Source of the DNA: an uncultured Acidobacteriota bacterium | GTDB lineage: Bacteria; Acidobacteriota; Polarisedimenticolia; J045 | NCBI GenBank assembly: GCA_963702425.1 | Contig: CAVPCQ010000010.1 | Span: 32,001-96,000, forward strand | Reading direction: 5' to 3' | Length of the DNA stretch: 64,000 nucleotides | Shown here: piece after piece, positions 40,098 through 50,900 of the stretch | How positions within the stretch are numbered: position 1 is the first letter of the stretch | How the letters are laid out: each line of letters begins with the position of its first letter | Notes under the pieces: generated by a model | Seen by the model: the letters and a program-made list of their open reading frames with translations, nothing else | Told to the model about the DNA's origin: nothing | The model's database searches: none | Made by a program: the position numbers and the translations under genes

Positions 40098-42917
40098 TCA
40101 TTCGCCTCCGCCGCTGTTCTCGGCGGTCACGCGGTAGAAGTAGGGATCGGGGGTGCCGAGCGCGTCGACGTCGACCCACCGGGTGGAGGTCGCGGAGCCA
40201 GCCTCGATCCAGGGGCCCTGCGGAGCGAGGGCACGCTCGATCCGGTAGAGCGTCGCGGGGCCGTGGCCGCCGTCGACCGGCGGCGCGTTCCAGGTCAGCA
40301 CGACGTGACCGGCGGCGTCGGCCGAGACTCTCAGGCTGCCGCCGACCGGGTTGGGCGCCGAGAGCAGCGGGGGTGAGAAGGACTGGCAGTCCACCCACAT
40401 CCCGCGGATGTGTACCTCGTCGACGGCGGCCTCGACGACCGAGTCGGCGCCCCCGTCCGTGGCGGTGAAGCGGAGCCGCATGTTCTCGCTGGGGGCCAGG
40501 AGCGCCATCAAGTCGGTCGAGAGGTTCTTCCATCCGCCGGTCGGCGAAACCCGCTGCTCGAGGAGCAGCCAGCTCGCGCCGCCGTCGTTGGTCACCTCGG
40601 CCTTGTACGAGTCGCTCGACGCGGAGTCGTCGTAGTACCAACGGTCGTAGGTCAGCGACATCGCCTGGACGTGCGGCGCACCGAAGGTCGGTGAGAGCAG
40701 GAACGTCGATCCGCCGTCGACGTCGTTGCTGCTCGGGCTGCCGCCGCCGCTGCCGGTGACCCAGCACATGACCCCAGGGGCCGGAGTCGTGTCGTCTTCG
40801 GGGTTGCTGAGCCCGCCGCTGATGCTCACCCCCACCGGATCCTCGCGGACAAAGCGACCGGCACTGGCCGAGCCCGGATTGGACGACCAGCCCGCCGCGG
40901 TTTCCATGTCGTAGTCGAGCCCGCTCAGCGGCGTCTCCGTTCCGACGCGCACGCGGAAGCTCGACCGGCGCACCGAGCTGCCGTAGCGGAACTCGAGGTC
41001 GAAGATCGCGATCGTAGCGCACGCCGAGGGATCGACGCTCAGCGAGAAGTGCGGGGCGAGGCTGCTCGCCGTGCCGCGCGCCGGGAGCGTCGGGAAATAC
41101 GCGACCCGGTCGTGGATCGTGATCCCCGGGGTGGTCGTGGTCAGGATCGCCTGCAAGCCGACGATCGGTGCGTCCGTCCGGCTCTCGACCGTGACGGACA
41201 GCGTGACCTGCTCGCCCGGGTCGAGTCCGCCGTCGGCGTTCCCGAGCGAGGTGTCGTCGAAGGCGTGCGAGCGAAAAACCACCCCCGACTCGACGGCGAG
41301 CACCGCGGGATAGGCCTGCACCAGCCCGGTGCCGTAATCGAGGTTCTTGCCCGGCGCGCCGCGGTGCTGGGCGGTCGTCATCAGCGCCTCGGCCAGCTCC
41401 GCCGGCGTGGCCTCGGGATTCGCCTGGAGCATCAACGCCACGATTCCGGTGACGTGCGGCGTCGCCGAGGAGGTCCCACTGAAGCTGCAGTAGCCGGTTC
41501 CCGGACAGGTGGTCGACGTCCCGTTGCCGTACGCCGAGAGATCCGGCTTGAGCAGGCCCGGCTCCGCGCCGCCGTGATAGGGGTAGTCCATGTACGCCGG
41601 CGTCAGCGGGTAGGGGTAGGCCGGGTTGCTCCAGGCGACGATGTCCTCCCAGGCCGACGGGCCACGCGACGACGACGGCGTCAGATCGTTCGTCGAGTAG
41701 TCGATGTTGGCCACGGCGACTACCGACGAGATCCCGCCGACGATCGTCTGGTCGGGATGGAGCCACGGCGGCGGACAGTTGGCGGGCGCCGCCACGTTGT
41801 ACGGAACCGGCCGGCTGGCGTTCTGGCCGTCGTTGCCGGCGGCATTGAGGTGGAGCACGCCCGCGGCCAGCTCGGTATCGGTCTGCCGCCGCCAGCCCTC
41901 GTAGTCCGGTGGATCCTCCCAGGGCCAGATGAACGATTCGGTGATGACGTGCGCGCCGTTGGCGATCGCGTAATCCGACGCTTCCCAGCCGATCGAGTCG
42001 GGAGGAGAGCAGTCGAAGCCCAGCACCATCAGCTCCGCGTCGGGTGCCATGCCCGTCACGACCCCGTTGGTCCCGTCTCCGGCGACCTGGCCGGCGACCT
42101 GCGTGCCGTGGGAGCCGCTGGTCGGCTCGTTGTCGTGGTTGCAGAGGTCCCAGCCCCAGGTGTCGTCGACGTAGCCGTTGGCGTCGTCGTCGATCCCGTT
42201 TCCCGGGACCTCGTCGAGGTTGGTCCAGATGTGATCGGCCAGGTCGGGGTGGTTGCGGTAGACGCCCGTGTCCAGGACCGCGACGATCACGCCGGCGCCG
42301 GTGTAGCCCAGCTCGTTCCAGACCTGCGGCGCGCCCATCGCGGTCACCTCGCCGCGGATCGTCGCGTTCGGGTTCGGCCCCGAGGTGTCGCCGCCGGTGG
42401 GGCCGGTCGCAGGGACTCCCCCGGCGGCGCCGGGCTCGGCAGCCCCGGGTTCGGCAGCCCCGTCGGCCGGCTCGCCGCGCCCGCCGTCGTGAAGGACCCA
42501 ACGCACTTCCGGCAGCTCGGCGAGCCGCGCGATCATCGCCGGCGTGGCCTCGAGCGCGAGGCCGTTGACGCCCCACAGCACGCGCACCCGGCCCGCGGCG
42601 CCGGGCTCCCCGTCCAGCACCTCGAGCACGCCGCGCTGGCTGCGATCGGCGAGGGCCTGCAGCATCGAGACCACGCGGGCCCGGCGCTGCTCGCGATCCA
42701 TCCCGCGGACCTCGCCCAGCAGCGTCTCCGGCGCGGGAAACTCGTCCATCAGAACCACGATGGGTACGCGATCGTTCGGACCCGCGGACGCCAGCGCCTC
42801 GCGCAGGCTCGGCGCCAGCGAACCGCCGTGCGCGGGGACGGCGACGGTCACGCAGAGCAAGGCGAGCGCGCACGCGACCGCGTGCGGCGAAATCCTGTCG
42901 GAGGGGTAGTTCATCAT
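40098..42917 (-). CDS. Secreted S8 subtilase (paralogue B) with propeptide, Ig-like, jelly-roll and terminal FN3-like domains
   Basis: VLDTG, HGTQVAG, AAGN, GTSSATP triad; ATGA overlap with the upstream paralogue. Confidence 0.92.
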   Translation of the reverse strand: MMNYPSDRISPHAVACALALLCVTVAVPAHGGSLAPSLREALASAGPNDRVPIVVLMDEFPAPETLLGEVRGMDREQRRARVVSMLQALADRSQRGVLEVLDGEPGAAGRVRVLWGVNGLALEATPAMIARLAELPEVRWVLHDGGRGEPADGAAEPGAAEPGAAGGVPATGPTGGDTSGPNPNATIRGEVTAMGAPQVWNELGYTGAGVIVAVLDTGVYRNHPDLADHIWTNLDEVPGNGIDDDANGYVDDTWGWDLCNHDNEPTSGSHGTQVAGQVAGDGTNGVVTGMAPDAELMVLGFDCSPPDSIGWEASDYAIANGAHVITESFIWPWEDPPDYEGWRRQTDTELAAGVLHLNAAGNDGQNASRPVPYNVAAPANCPPPWLHPDQTIVGGISSVVAVANIDYSTNDLTPSSSRGPSAWEDIVAWSNPAYPYPLTPAYMDYPYHGGAEPGLLKPDLSAYGNGTSTTCPGTGYCSFSGTSSATPHVTGIVALMLQANPEATPAELAEALMTTAQHRGAPGKNLDYGTGLVQAYPAVLAVESGVVFRSHAFDDTSLGNADGGLDPGEQVTLSVTVESRTDAPIVGLQAILTTTTPGITIHDRVAYFPTLPARGTASSLAPHFSLSVDPSACATIAIFDLEFRYGSSVRRSSFRVRVGTETPLSGLDYDMETAAGWSSNPGSASAGRFVREDPVGVSISGGLSNPEDDTTPAPGVMCWVTGSGGGSPSSNDVDGGSTFLLSPTFGAPHVQAMSLTYDRWYYDDSASSDSYKAEVTNDGGASWLLLEQRVSPTGGWKNLSTDLMALLAPSENMRLRFTATDGGADSVVEAAVDEVHIRGMWVDCQSFSPPLLSAPNPVGGSLRVSADAAGHVVLTWNAPPVDGGHGPATLYRIERALAPQGPWIEAGSATSTRWVDVDALGTPDPYFYRVTAENSGGGE

Positions 42918-45720
42918 TCGACGCCTCCGCTGTTCTCCGCGGCCACGCGGTAGAAGTACGAGTCGGGGGTACCGCGCGCGCCGACGTCGAACCAGCGCGT
43001 CGAGGTCGCGGTGCCGACCGCGGTCCAGGGTCCCTGGGGCACGACGGCGCGCTCGATCCGGTAGAGCGAGGCCGCGCCGTGGCCGGCATCGACCGGCGGC
43101 GCGCTCCACGTCAGCAGCACGTGGCCGTCCGCGGTGGCCGCGACGCGCAGCGTGTCGCCGACGGGGTTGGGTGGCGACAGCAGCGGGGGCGAGTAGGACT
43201 GGCAATCCACCCACATCCCGCTGAGGTGCACCTCGTCGACCGCAGCCTCGACCACGTTGTCGCTTGCGCCGTCGGTGGCCGAGAAGCGGAGCCGCATGTT
43301 CTCGCTCGGCGTCAGGAGCGTCATCAGGTCGGTCGAGAAGTTTTTCCAGCCGCTGGTCGGCGTGACCCGCGTGTCGAGGAGCACCCAGCTCGCGCCGCCG
43401 TCGTTGGTCACCTCGGCCTTGAGCGAGTCGCTGCTCGACGAGTCGTCGTAGTACCAGCGGTCGTAGGTCAGCGACAGCTGGTAGATGTGCGGCGCCCCGA
43501 AGATCGGGGAGGAGAGGAAGGTCGTTCCGCCGTCGACGTCGTTGTCGTTCGGGCCGCCACCGCCGCTGCCGGTGACCCAGCAGCGGACGCCGGGGTCCGG
43601 CGTCGTGTCGTCCTCGGGGTTGCTGAGTCCTCCGGAAACGCTCACCCCCACGGGGTCCTCGCGGACCCACCTTCCGCGGGTGGCGGTGCCCAGCGCGGAG
43701 GTCCAGCCGGCCGCCGTCTCCATGTCGAAGTCGAGGCCGGTCAGCGGCCGCTCCGTGCCGACGAGGGACCGGAAGCTCGAGCGGCGCACCGTGCCGCCGT
43801 AGCGGAACTCGAGATCGAAGACCGCCAGCGCGGTGCACGCCCCCGGGTCCACGCTCAGCGAGACGTGCGGGGCGAGGCTGACCACCGTCCCGCGCGCCGG
43901 AAGCGACGGGAAGTAGGCGACCTGGTCGTGGATCGTGATCCCGGGAGTCGTCGTCGACACGATCACGTGGAGGCCTTCGATCGCCTCATCGCTCCGGCTC
44001 TCGACGGTCAGCGACAGGACGAGCTGCTCGCCCGGATCGGGCTGCGCGTCGCCGTTGCCGAACACCGTGTCGTCGAAGGCGTGCGCGCGGTAGATGACGC
44101 CCGACTCGACCGCGAGCACCGCGGGATGGGCCTGCAGCAGCCCGGCGCCGTAGACGTTGTTCTTGCCGGGGTCGCCGCGGTGCTGCGCCGTCGTCATCAG
44201 CGCCCGGGCCAGTTCTTCCGGCGTAGCCTCGGAATTCGACTGGAGCATCAGGGCGATCGCTCCGGACACGTGGGGTGTCGCTGACGAGGTCCCGCTGAAC
44301 TGGCAGTAGCTTCCTCCCGGACAGGTCGAGTTCGTGCCGGTGCCGTAGGCCGACAGGTCCGGCTTGATCAGACCGATCCGCGCGCCGTTCTCGTATGGAT
44401 AGTCTTCGTATTCGTGAGGATTGACGTAGGGGAACGTTGGATCGGTGTTGGCCTGGATGTTCTCCCAGGCCGACGGGCCGAGGGACGACGACGAGGCGAT
44501 GACGTTGGTGCTCCAGTTCACGTCGCCGACCGCCACGACCGACGAGAGCCCCCTGCAATCGTCTGATCCGGGTGAATCCAAGGCGCCGGGCAGTTCGCCG
44601 GGGTCGAAATGTTGTACGGGATCGGTTGCGTCGCCTGACTGCTGCCGAAGTTCCCCGCCGAGTTCGCGTGGATCACGCCGGCCGCCAGCTCGACGTCGGC
44701 CTGGCGGCGGAACCCCGCGTAGTCGGGCCGGTCGGTCCACCACCAGCTGTAGGACTGCGTGATCACGTCGGCCCCCTCGGCGATCGCGTAGTCGCTCGCC
44801 TGCCAGGCGCGCGACGGGGTATCGCAGTCGATCCCGAGCGACATCAGCAGGGCGTCGGGGGCCATGCCGGTGACGGTGCCGTTGGTCCCGTCGCCCGCCA
44901 CCTGGCCCGCGACCTGCGTGCCGTGCGTGCCGACGACGGGCTGGGAGTCGGCGCAGAAGTCCCAGCCCCAGGTGTCGTCGACGTGGCCGTTGCCGTCATC
45001 GTCGAGGCCGTTGGCGGGGATCTCATCCGGGTTGCTCCAGATGTGATCGGACAAATCCGGATGGCTGCGATCGAAGCCGGTGTCGATCACTGCGACGACA
45101 ACCCCCAGGCCGGTGTATCCGAGCTCGTCCCAGACCTGCTTCGCGCCAAGCGCGACCACGTCGGGCGCGACCGTAGCATCCGGGTCCGGGCCCGACGGAC
45201 CGTCGCCAGACGACGGGACTCCGGGGGCCGCCCCCCCATCTTCTTCGCTGACATCGGGACGCGCCGGGGCGCGGTCGTAAAGTACCCAGCGGACCTCGGG
45301 CAGCTCGGCCAGCCGTGCGATCGCGTCCGGAGCGGCCTCCAACGCCACGCCGTTGACGCCCCAGAGGACCCGGATGTCGCGCACCCGGTCCCGCAGTTCC
45401 CCGTCGGTGACGAGGGCCCGGACGTTCCCCTGGCTGCGCTCGGCGATCCCCTTCAGCGCGGAGACCACGTACTCCCGGCGTTGCGCCCGATTCATGCCCC
45501 GGACCTGGTCGAGCAGCAGCCGCCCCTCGGGGAACTCGGCCATCAGGACCACGACCGGGAGACGATCGTCGGGTCCTGCGACCGCGAGCGCCTCGCGGAG
45601 GTTCGGGGCCAGCGAGCCGGCGACGGCGAGCGGGCCGGAGACCGCGAGAAGCAGTGCCACAAGGGCTGATCGGTATCCGACCACGAAGTCCCTCACCACG
45701 AAGTCCCTCCCCCTGTGCAT
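42914..45720 (-). CDS. Secreted S8 subtilase (paralogue A), same architecture; frameshift near 44550 in a homopolymer
   Basis: VIDTG, HGTQVAG, SAGN in the 44518-45720 ORF; GTSSATP in the 42914 ORF; collinear with paralogue B. Confidence 0.88.
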
Positions 45721-45787
45721 GGGACGCGAGCGAACGATGGCAGAACGAGGAGGGCATCCCTCTTATAGGAGGAAACGGGAGCCTCGC

Positions 45788-45930
45788 CCATAGGGGAAAT
45801 CCTGACTCCCGCGAATGCCCTCTCGGTGCCGTGACCGGATCTGCGCGCCCCGGGGTCCGGCTCCCGCCCTCCCGAGATGCAACGGACACGCAATAGCCTG
45901 GAGGTCGACAGGCCATAGGGAAAACCCTGA
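45788..45930. promoter_or_regulatory. Two near-identical 18-bp pseudo-palindromic boxes in the divergent promoter region
   Basis: CCATAGGGGAAATCCTGA (45788-45805) and CCATAGGGAAAACCCTGA (45913-45930). Confidence 0.55.
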
Positions 45931-46090
45931 TGGTCCGGTCCGATGGACCAGCGGATCATTCCGCCGCCTGGTGGTCGGCCGGGGCCGGAGTTTGGTGCCC
46001 GTGGGGCAGTCCAGGCATTTCAACCATGCGGGTACGGCCCGCGACTGTCAGCGCACGAGCTGGCGGGCGATACCGGCGAAAGGGGGCTCC

Positions 46091-47755
46091 ATGAGAAAGT
46101 GTCTCGTAGTGCTGGGAGTGGCGGTCGTGGCCGTCCTCCTCACCACCTCCGCGTTCGCACAGAGCCGCGGAGTCACCTTCACCCCGATCGGCTTCATCGA
46201 TCCCCCGGGACCGTTCCCGGCGTCGAGCATCCTGGCGATGAACCCGCAGGGCACCATCTTCGTGGCGAGCCCGTCCTTCAGGTCCAGCTACGCGGTCCTG
46301 TGGACGCGCGAGGGCGGATGGGGGACGCAGATCGGCAACGTCGCTCCCCCCATCCGGATCTCGGAGGACGGAACGGTGATGTCGAGCGGCATCTACCCGG
46401 ACTCGAACCCCGCCTACCTGTGGCCCGGCACGTGGCTCGGCTCGACGGACATGTTCTCCGCGATTCCGTCCCAGCCCGGGTATGCACCCTGCGGCAGCAG
46501 CCGCATGTCGTTCTACGACATGGGCGGCAACGGCGATTACGCCGCCGGGCTGACCTGGTCGGGGTGCAGCATCGCCCGGGGCTTCCTGTGGGACAAGGCG
46601 ACGAACACCACCATCGACACCGGCACCCCCAACGGTCAGAGCACCCGGGCGAACGCCGTCACCTGCGACGGCTCGGCCGTGATCGGCTGGGGTACTTCGC
46701 TGGGGGGCCCGCGGCGTGGCGCGCGCTGGGAGAAGGAGACCGGCACCTGGACCTTCTTCGGCGACCCGACCGGCCAGGAGCCCAAGGCCTGCAAGGTGAC
46801 CCCCAAGGGCTGCACCTCGGATTCGGCCGACCCGGTGCGCGGCTGCCCCGAGTACGTCGATGACGGCTCCTGCCCGACGTCGAGCAAGGGGGTCTGCACG
46901 GCCGGCGTCTGCGTCGGCGGTTTCGACGCGGGCAAGACCTGCACCAGCAGCTCGCAGTGCGGCGGAACGTGCGCCGGCGGGCCGAACAACGGCAAGCGCT
47001 GCACGTCGAACGGCAGCTGCCCCGACACGCCGGTCTGCCTGCCCAACCCGCTCTGGACCGACGACCTCTGGAAGGGCGAGGCGTTCGACGCCACCTCCGA
47101 CGGCAAGTATGCGGTCGGCCGGAACTTCGACTACGGCCTGGGGTGGAACGACGGCTACCGGGTGAACCCGGACGGCAGCTTCGACCGGATCCCGACGTTC
47201 CCGGACTTCCCGTACATCCTCAACCCGTACGTGATCAGCGACAACAGCTACGCCGTCGCCGGTGCCGTCGGCGACTTCTTCTCCGGCACCGCGCCGTTCA
47301 TCTGGAACAAGGACGTCGGCACGATCGACTTCCAGTTGTTCCTGATCGGGCAGGGGCTCGACGAGCTGTACTTCTGGTACCTGAGCTCGATCAACGCGAT
47401 CAGCGCCAACGGCAGGATCGTCGCCGGTGGGGGAACCAACCCCGACGGTCTGCTCGAGGGCTGGATCGTCGACCTCAACTACGTCCTGGTCTGCCGCAAT
47501 CCCGACCCGGCCGCCGCCGCCGCGGACCCCGGCTGCAAGGACGGGACCGGCGATGGTTGCCGTACGATGCGCGTCGCCTACGAGACCGTCGGCGATGCGA
47601 GCGAATACGGCTCCTGCGAGTTCAAGCGCTCGGGTGGTCTGGCGCGCGCGCAGGAACTGCGCCAGGAGCTGACCGAGAAGTACCACTCGGGCGTCTTCAA
47701 CGGCCCGTACAAGTTCGGTCCCAAGCGCAACGAGGGCCCGAGCGAGACGCGCTAG
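46091..47755 (+). CDS. Secreted beta-propeller-like protein (HAF-like repeats) with a Cys-rich insertion
   Basis: Signal peptide ending AFA-Q; repeats ISEDG, VTCDG, ATSDG, ISANG; CVGGFDAGKTC...CAGGPNNGKRC insert. Confidence 0.8.
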   Translation: MRKCLVVLGVAVVAVLLTTSAFAQSRGVTFTPIGFIDPPGPFPASSILAMNPQGTIFVASPSFRSSYAVLWTREGGWGTQIGNVAPPIRISEDGTVMSSGIYPDSNPAYLWPGTWLGSTDMFSAIPSQPGYAPCGSSRMSFYDMGGNGDYAAGLTWSGCSIARGFLWDKATNTTIDTGTPNGQSTRANAVTCDGSAVIGWGTSLGGPRRGARWEKETGTWTFFGDPTGQEPKACKVTPKGCTSDSADPVRGCPEYVDDGSCPTSSKGVCTAGVCVGGFDAGKTCTSSSQCGGTCAGGPNNGKRCTSNGSCPDTPVCLPNPLWTDDLWKGEAFDATSDGKYAVGRNFDYGLGWNDGYRVNPDGSFDRIPTFPDFPYILNPYVISDNSYAVAGAVGDFFSGTAPFIWNKDVGTIDFQLFLIGQGLDELYFWYLSSINAISANGRIVAGGGTNPDGLLEGWIVDLNYVLVCRNPDPAAAAADPGCKDGTGDGCRTMRVAYETVGDASEYGSCEFKRSGGLARAQELRQELTEKYHSGVFNGPYKFGPKRNEGPSETR

Positions 47756-47792
47756 TTCGAGAACGTCCGGCAGCCGGTCAGCAGCGATCGGA

Positions 47793-47839
47793 GAAACGGG
47801 GCGGCGGGCCGTGCAGTGACGGCCCGCCGCCGCCGTTTC
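47793..47839. terminator. Long GC hairpin, probable terminator or mRNA-stabilising stem between the propeller and S8 genes
   Basis: GAAACGG-GGCGGCGGGCCGT..ACGGCCCGCCGCC-G-CCGTTTC; only a short U tract. Confidence 0.55.
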
Positions 47840-47904
47840 GGCGGGTGGTGCGCCTTCCAACGCGTGCCGCGAGCGGGTCATCGGGAGGGCGGGAGGACAG
47901 ACAG

Positions 47905-50900
47905 ATGCGAGGCCGTGTCAGGCTCTTTGCCGCGCTCGCGGCTTTCCTCGGTGCGGCGCTGCCGGTGGCCGCCGCGGGCGGGCCGGGCGAGCCTGCGCGC
48001 GACGACCACACCCTGCGCCTCGCCGAGTTCGCCTTCGATCCGCTGCTGCAGGAGCCGGCGCTTCCCCCTGGGTGGGACCGCTCGCTGACGGCCGGTCCCG
48101 ACCTGCAACTCGTGCAGTTCGACGGGCCGATTCCAGCCGACGCCAGCGCCCGGTTGAACGCCGCCGGCCTCGCTCCGGTGCGCTACGTCTATCCGAATAC
48201 CTACATCGTCTGGGGGCAGGGCGCCGACCGCGACGCCCTCCGTGGACAGCCGCGAATCCGCTGGACCGGAGAGTTCGTACCGGCCTACCGCGTGCGCGCG
48301 GCCCTGCGCGATCGCTCCAAGGATCTCCTCGACGTGCGGGTGCTGATCTACCGCGGTGCCGGGGCCGACGCCGTCATCGCGGCCCTCTCCAAGCTGGGCC
48401 TCCCGACCGGGAGCCGGACCGTCGTCGACGACACGCTCGAGATCGCCGGGTTCCGGATTCCCGGCAGCCTGATGCGGTTCGCAGCCGCGGTGCCGGGGGT
48501 CTACTCCATCCAGCCGCTGAACTCCGATTGGGCCTCGCGGGCCGAGCTCTCCTCGCAGATCAACGTCGCCAACCTCGACCCGGAAACGGGCTTCCCGATC
48601 CCCGGCTACCGCAACTGGCTGGCCGCGGTCGGACTGGATGGTGCGGGGGTCAACGTCGCGATCGTCGACGAGGGAGTCGATCAGTCCCATCCCGACCTCG
48701 CGGCGGGCCGCCTGCCCTGCACGGGTATCACCTGCACCGACGCGCCGAGCACACACGGCAGCCACGTCGCGGGCGTCGTCACGGGCGATGGGATCAGTGG
48801 CGCGCTGGATGCGAACGGGTTCCTGCGGGGGCTGGGTGTGGCGCCGGGCACGCGGTACCTGGAGCAGGAGTTCGTCCTGTTCCGCTTCCTGCCCGCCGGG
48901 GTCACCCAGCTCATCCGCGACTCGGGGCGGAACGGGGCGACGATCTCGAACAACAGCTGGGGAACGTCGACGACGGCGGAGGGTTACGACGCCGACACGC
49001 TGCTGATCGACGCCGGCGTGCGCGACGTCGACCCCGCGCGGCCCGGCAACCAGGAGCTGTTCTACGTCCAGGCGATCGACAACGGCAACGGCGGCATCAG
49101 CTCGCAGGGGACGCCGGACGAGGCGAAGAACGTCTTCGTCGTCGGCTCGACGCGGGCCTCCGACCTCAGCGGGAACCCGATCGACACCTTCGACGACCTG
49201 TCTGCCAACACCGCGCACGGGCCGGCGCTCGACGGTCGCACGATCCCGCACCTGGTGGCCCCCGGCTGCCACGTCGACTCGACGATCCCGGACTTCGGCG
49301 GCGGCTACGGCTTCCAACTGATCTGCGGTACGTCGATGGCCGCGCCGCAGATCTCCGGCGCCGCCGCGCTCTTCACGCAGCACTACCGCCGCCTGCCCGA
49401 CACCGCGAGCGACCCCAGCCCGGCGCTGATCAAGGCGGCCCTGCTCGCCGTCGGACGGGACCTGCAGGGGCAGTTGGATGCCGACGGTACGACGCTGGGC
49501 CATCGCCCCGACAGCAAGCAGGGCTGGGGCCGGCTCGACCTGCGGGCGCTCGTTCAGCCGCCGCCGGGCAGCGTGATCTACTACGATCAGGAGCGCGTGT
49601 TCGTGGAGACCGGCGAAGAGGACTGGCTGCGCGAGGTCGTGCCGGCGGATCCCGGCGAGCCGATGCGGGTCATGCTGGCCTGGACGGACGCACCGGGTCA
49701 CGGGCTCGGCGGGAGCACGCCGGCCTGGAACAACGACCTCGACCTCCTGGTCGAGATGGGCGGATCCACCTATCGGGGTAACTTCTTCGGCGTCGACGGC
49801 TGGTCGGCCACGGGCGGCTCGGCGGATCTCCGCAACAACGCCGAGGGGGTATTCCTGCCGGTCCCCGCGGGCCGCGTCACGATCCGCGTCCGCCCGTCGA
49901 ACATCAACTCCGACGGCGTCCCGAACTTCGGCGACAGGCTCGACCAGGATTTCGCGCTGGTCTGCGTCAACTGCGCCTACGCCGAGGGGTTCGATCTCGA
50001 GCCGGCACCGGTCACTCGCGGCGTCTGCGCGCCGCAGTCGGCGGTGTACGAGGTGAACGTCGCCTCACACGCCGGCTACGCGAAGCCCGTGACGCTCTCC
50101 CTTGCCGGCGTGCCCGCCGGCGCGAGCGCCGGATTCGATGTCAACCCGGTGGTTTCCGGCGGCAAATCGGTGCTGACGGTCGCTCCCGGCGCCGTCGCCG
50201 ACGGCAAGTACAAGCTGACGCTCACGGGCATCGCGGCGGAAGCCTCCCGCGTGCAGCCGCTGTACCTGGAGGTGCGTCGGGCGGCGCCGGCCGGGGCCGC
50301 CCCGAGCGTGCCGGTCAACGGTGCGGTGAACGTCGCGCTGCAGCCGGTGCTCGAGTGGACGGCGGCGACATCGACCGTGAGCTACGTCGTCGAGCTCTCC
50401 ACGGATCCGACGTTCCGGACGATCTTCTACAGCGCCGTCTCGGAATCGACGCTGCACAAGGTCGGCGTGACGCTGGCCGAGGCGACGCTCTACCACTGGC
50501 GCGTGCGCGCCCGCAACGTCTGCGGCTTCGGCGCGTTCTCGGCGTCGTCGAGCTTCACCACGCGCGACGTCCCGCCGGTGCTGCTGGTCGACGACGACTG
50601 GGACCTGAACGGCGACTTCCAGGCCGAGTACCGCGCGGCGCTCGATGCGCTGCCGCTGGCGCCTTACTTCTACCCGGTCAGCTACGACGTCTGGGACGTC
50701 CACGCGGTCCACCAGCAGCAGGAACCGGACGCAGCGGACCTGGCGGCCTACGAGAAGGTGATTTGGTGGTCGGCGAAGGAGGACTATTACGCCGGCCCGG
50801 AGTACTTCGGGGAGCTCGAGCTGTCCACGTGGTTCGTTCGCCGTGGCGGCTGCCTGATGCTGAGCAGCGCCGACTACGTCCTCTCGCGCCGCGGCGTGAG

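Noticed and set aside
8480-44560. Frame breaks near 8500, 9197, 10910, 12765, 13000, 15922, 29780 and 44550 as programmed frameshifts or pseudogenes
   Set aside because: They are single-base indels scattered over unrelated and partly essential genes, with both halves intact and no shared slippery motif. Long-read consensus error is the simplest explanation; read mapping would decide.
45681-45709. 14-nt direct repeat CCACGAAGTCCCTC at the start of S8 paralogue A
   Set aside because: Only two copies, encoding RDFVV twice; most likely a local slippage duplication or start-site ambiguity.
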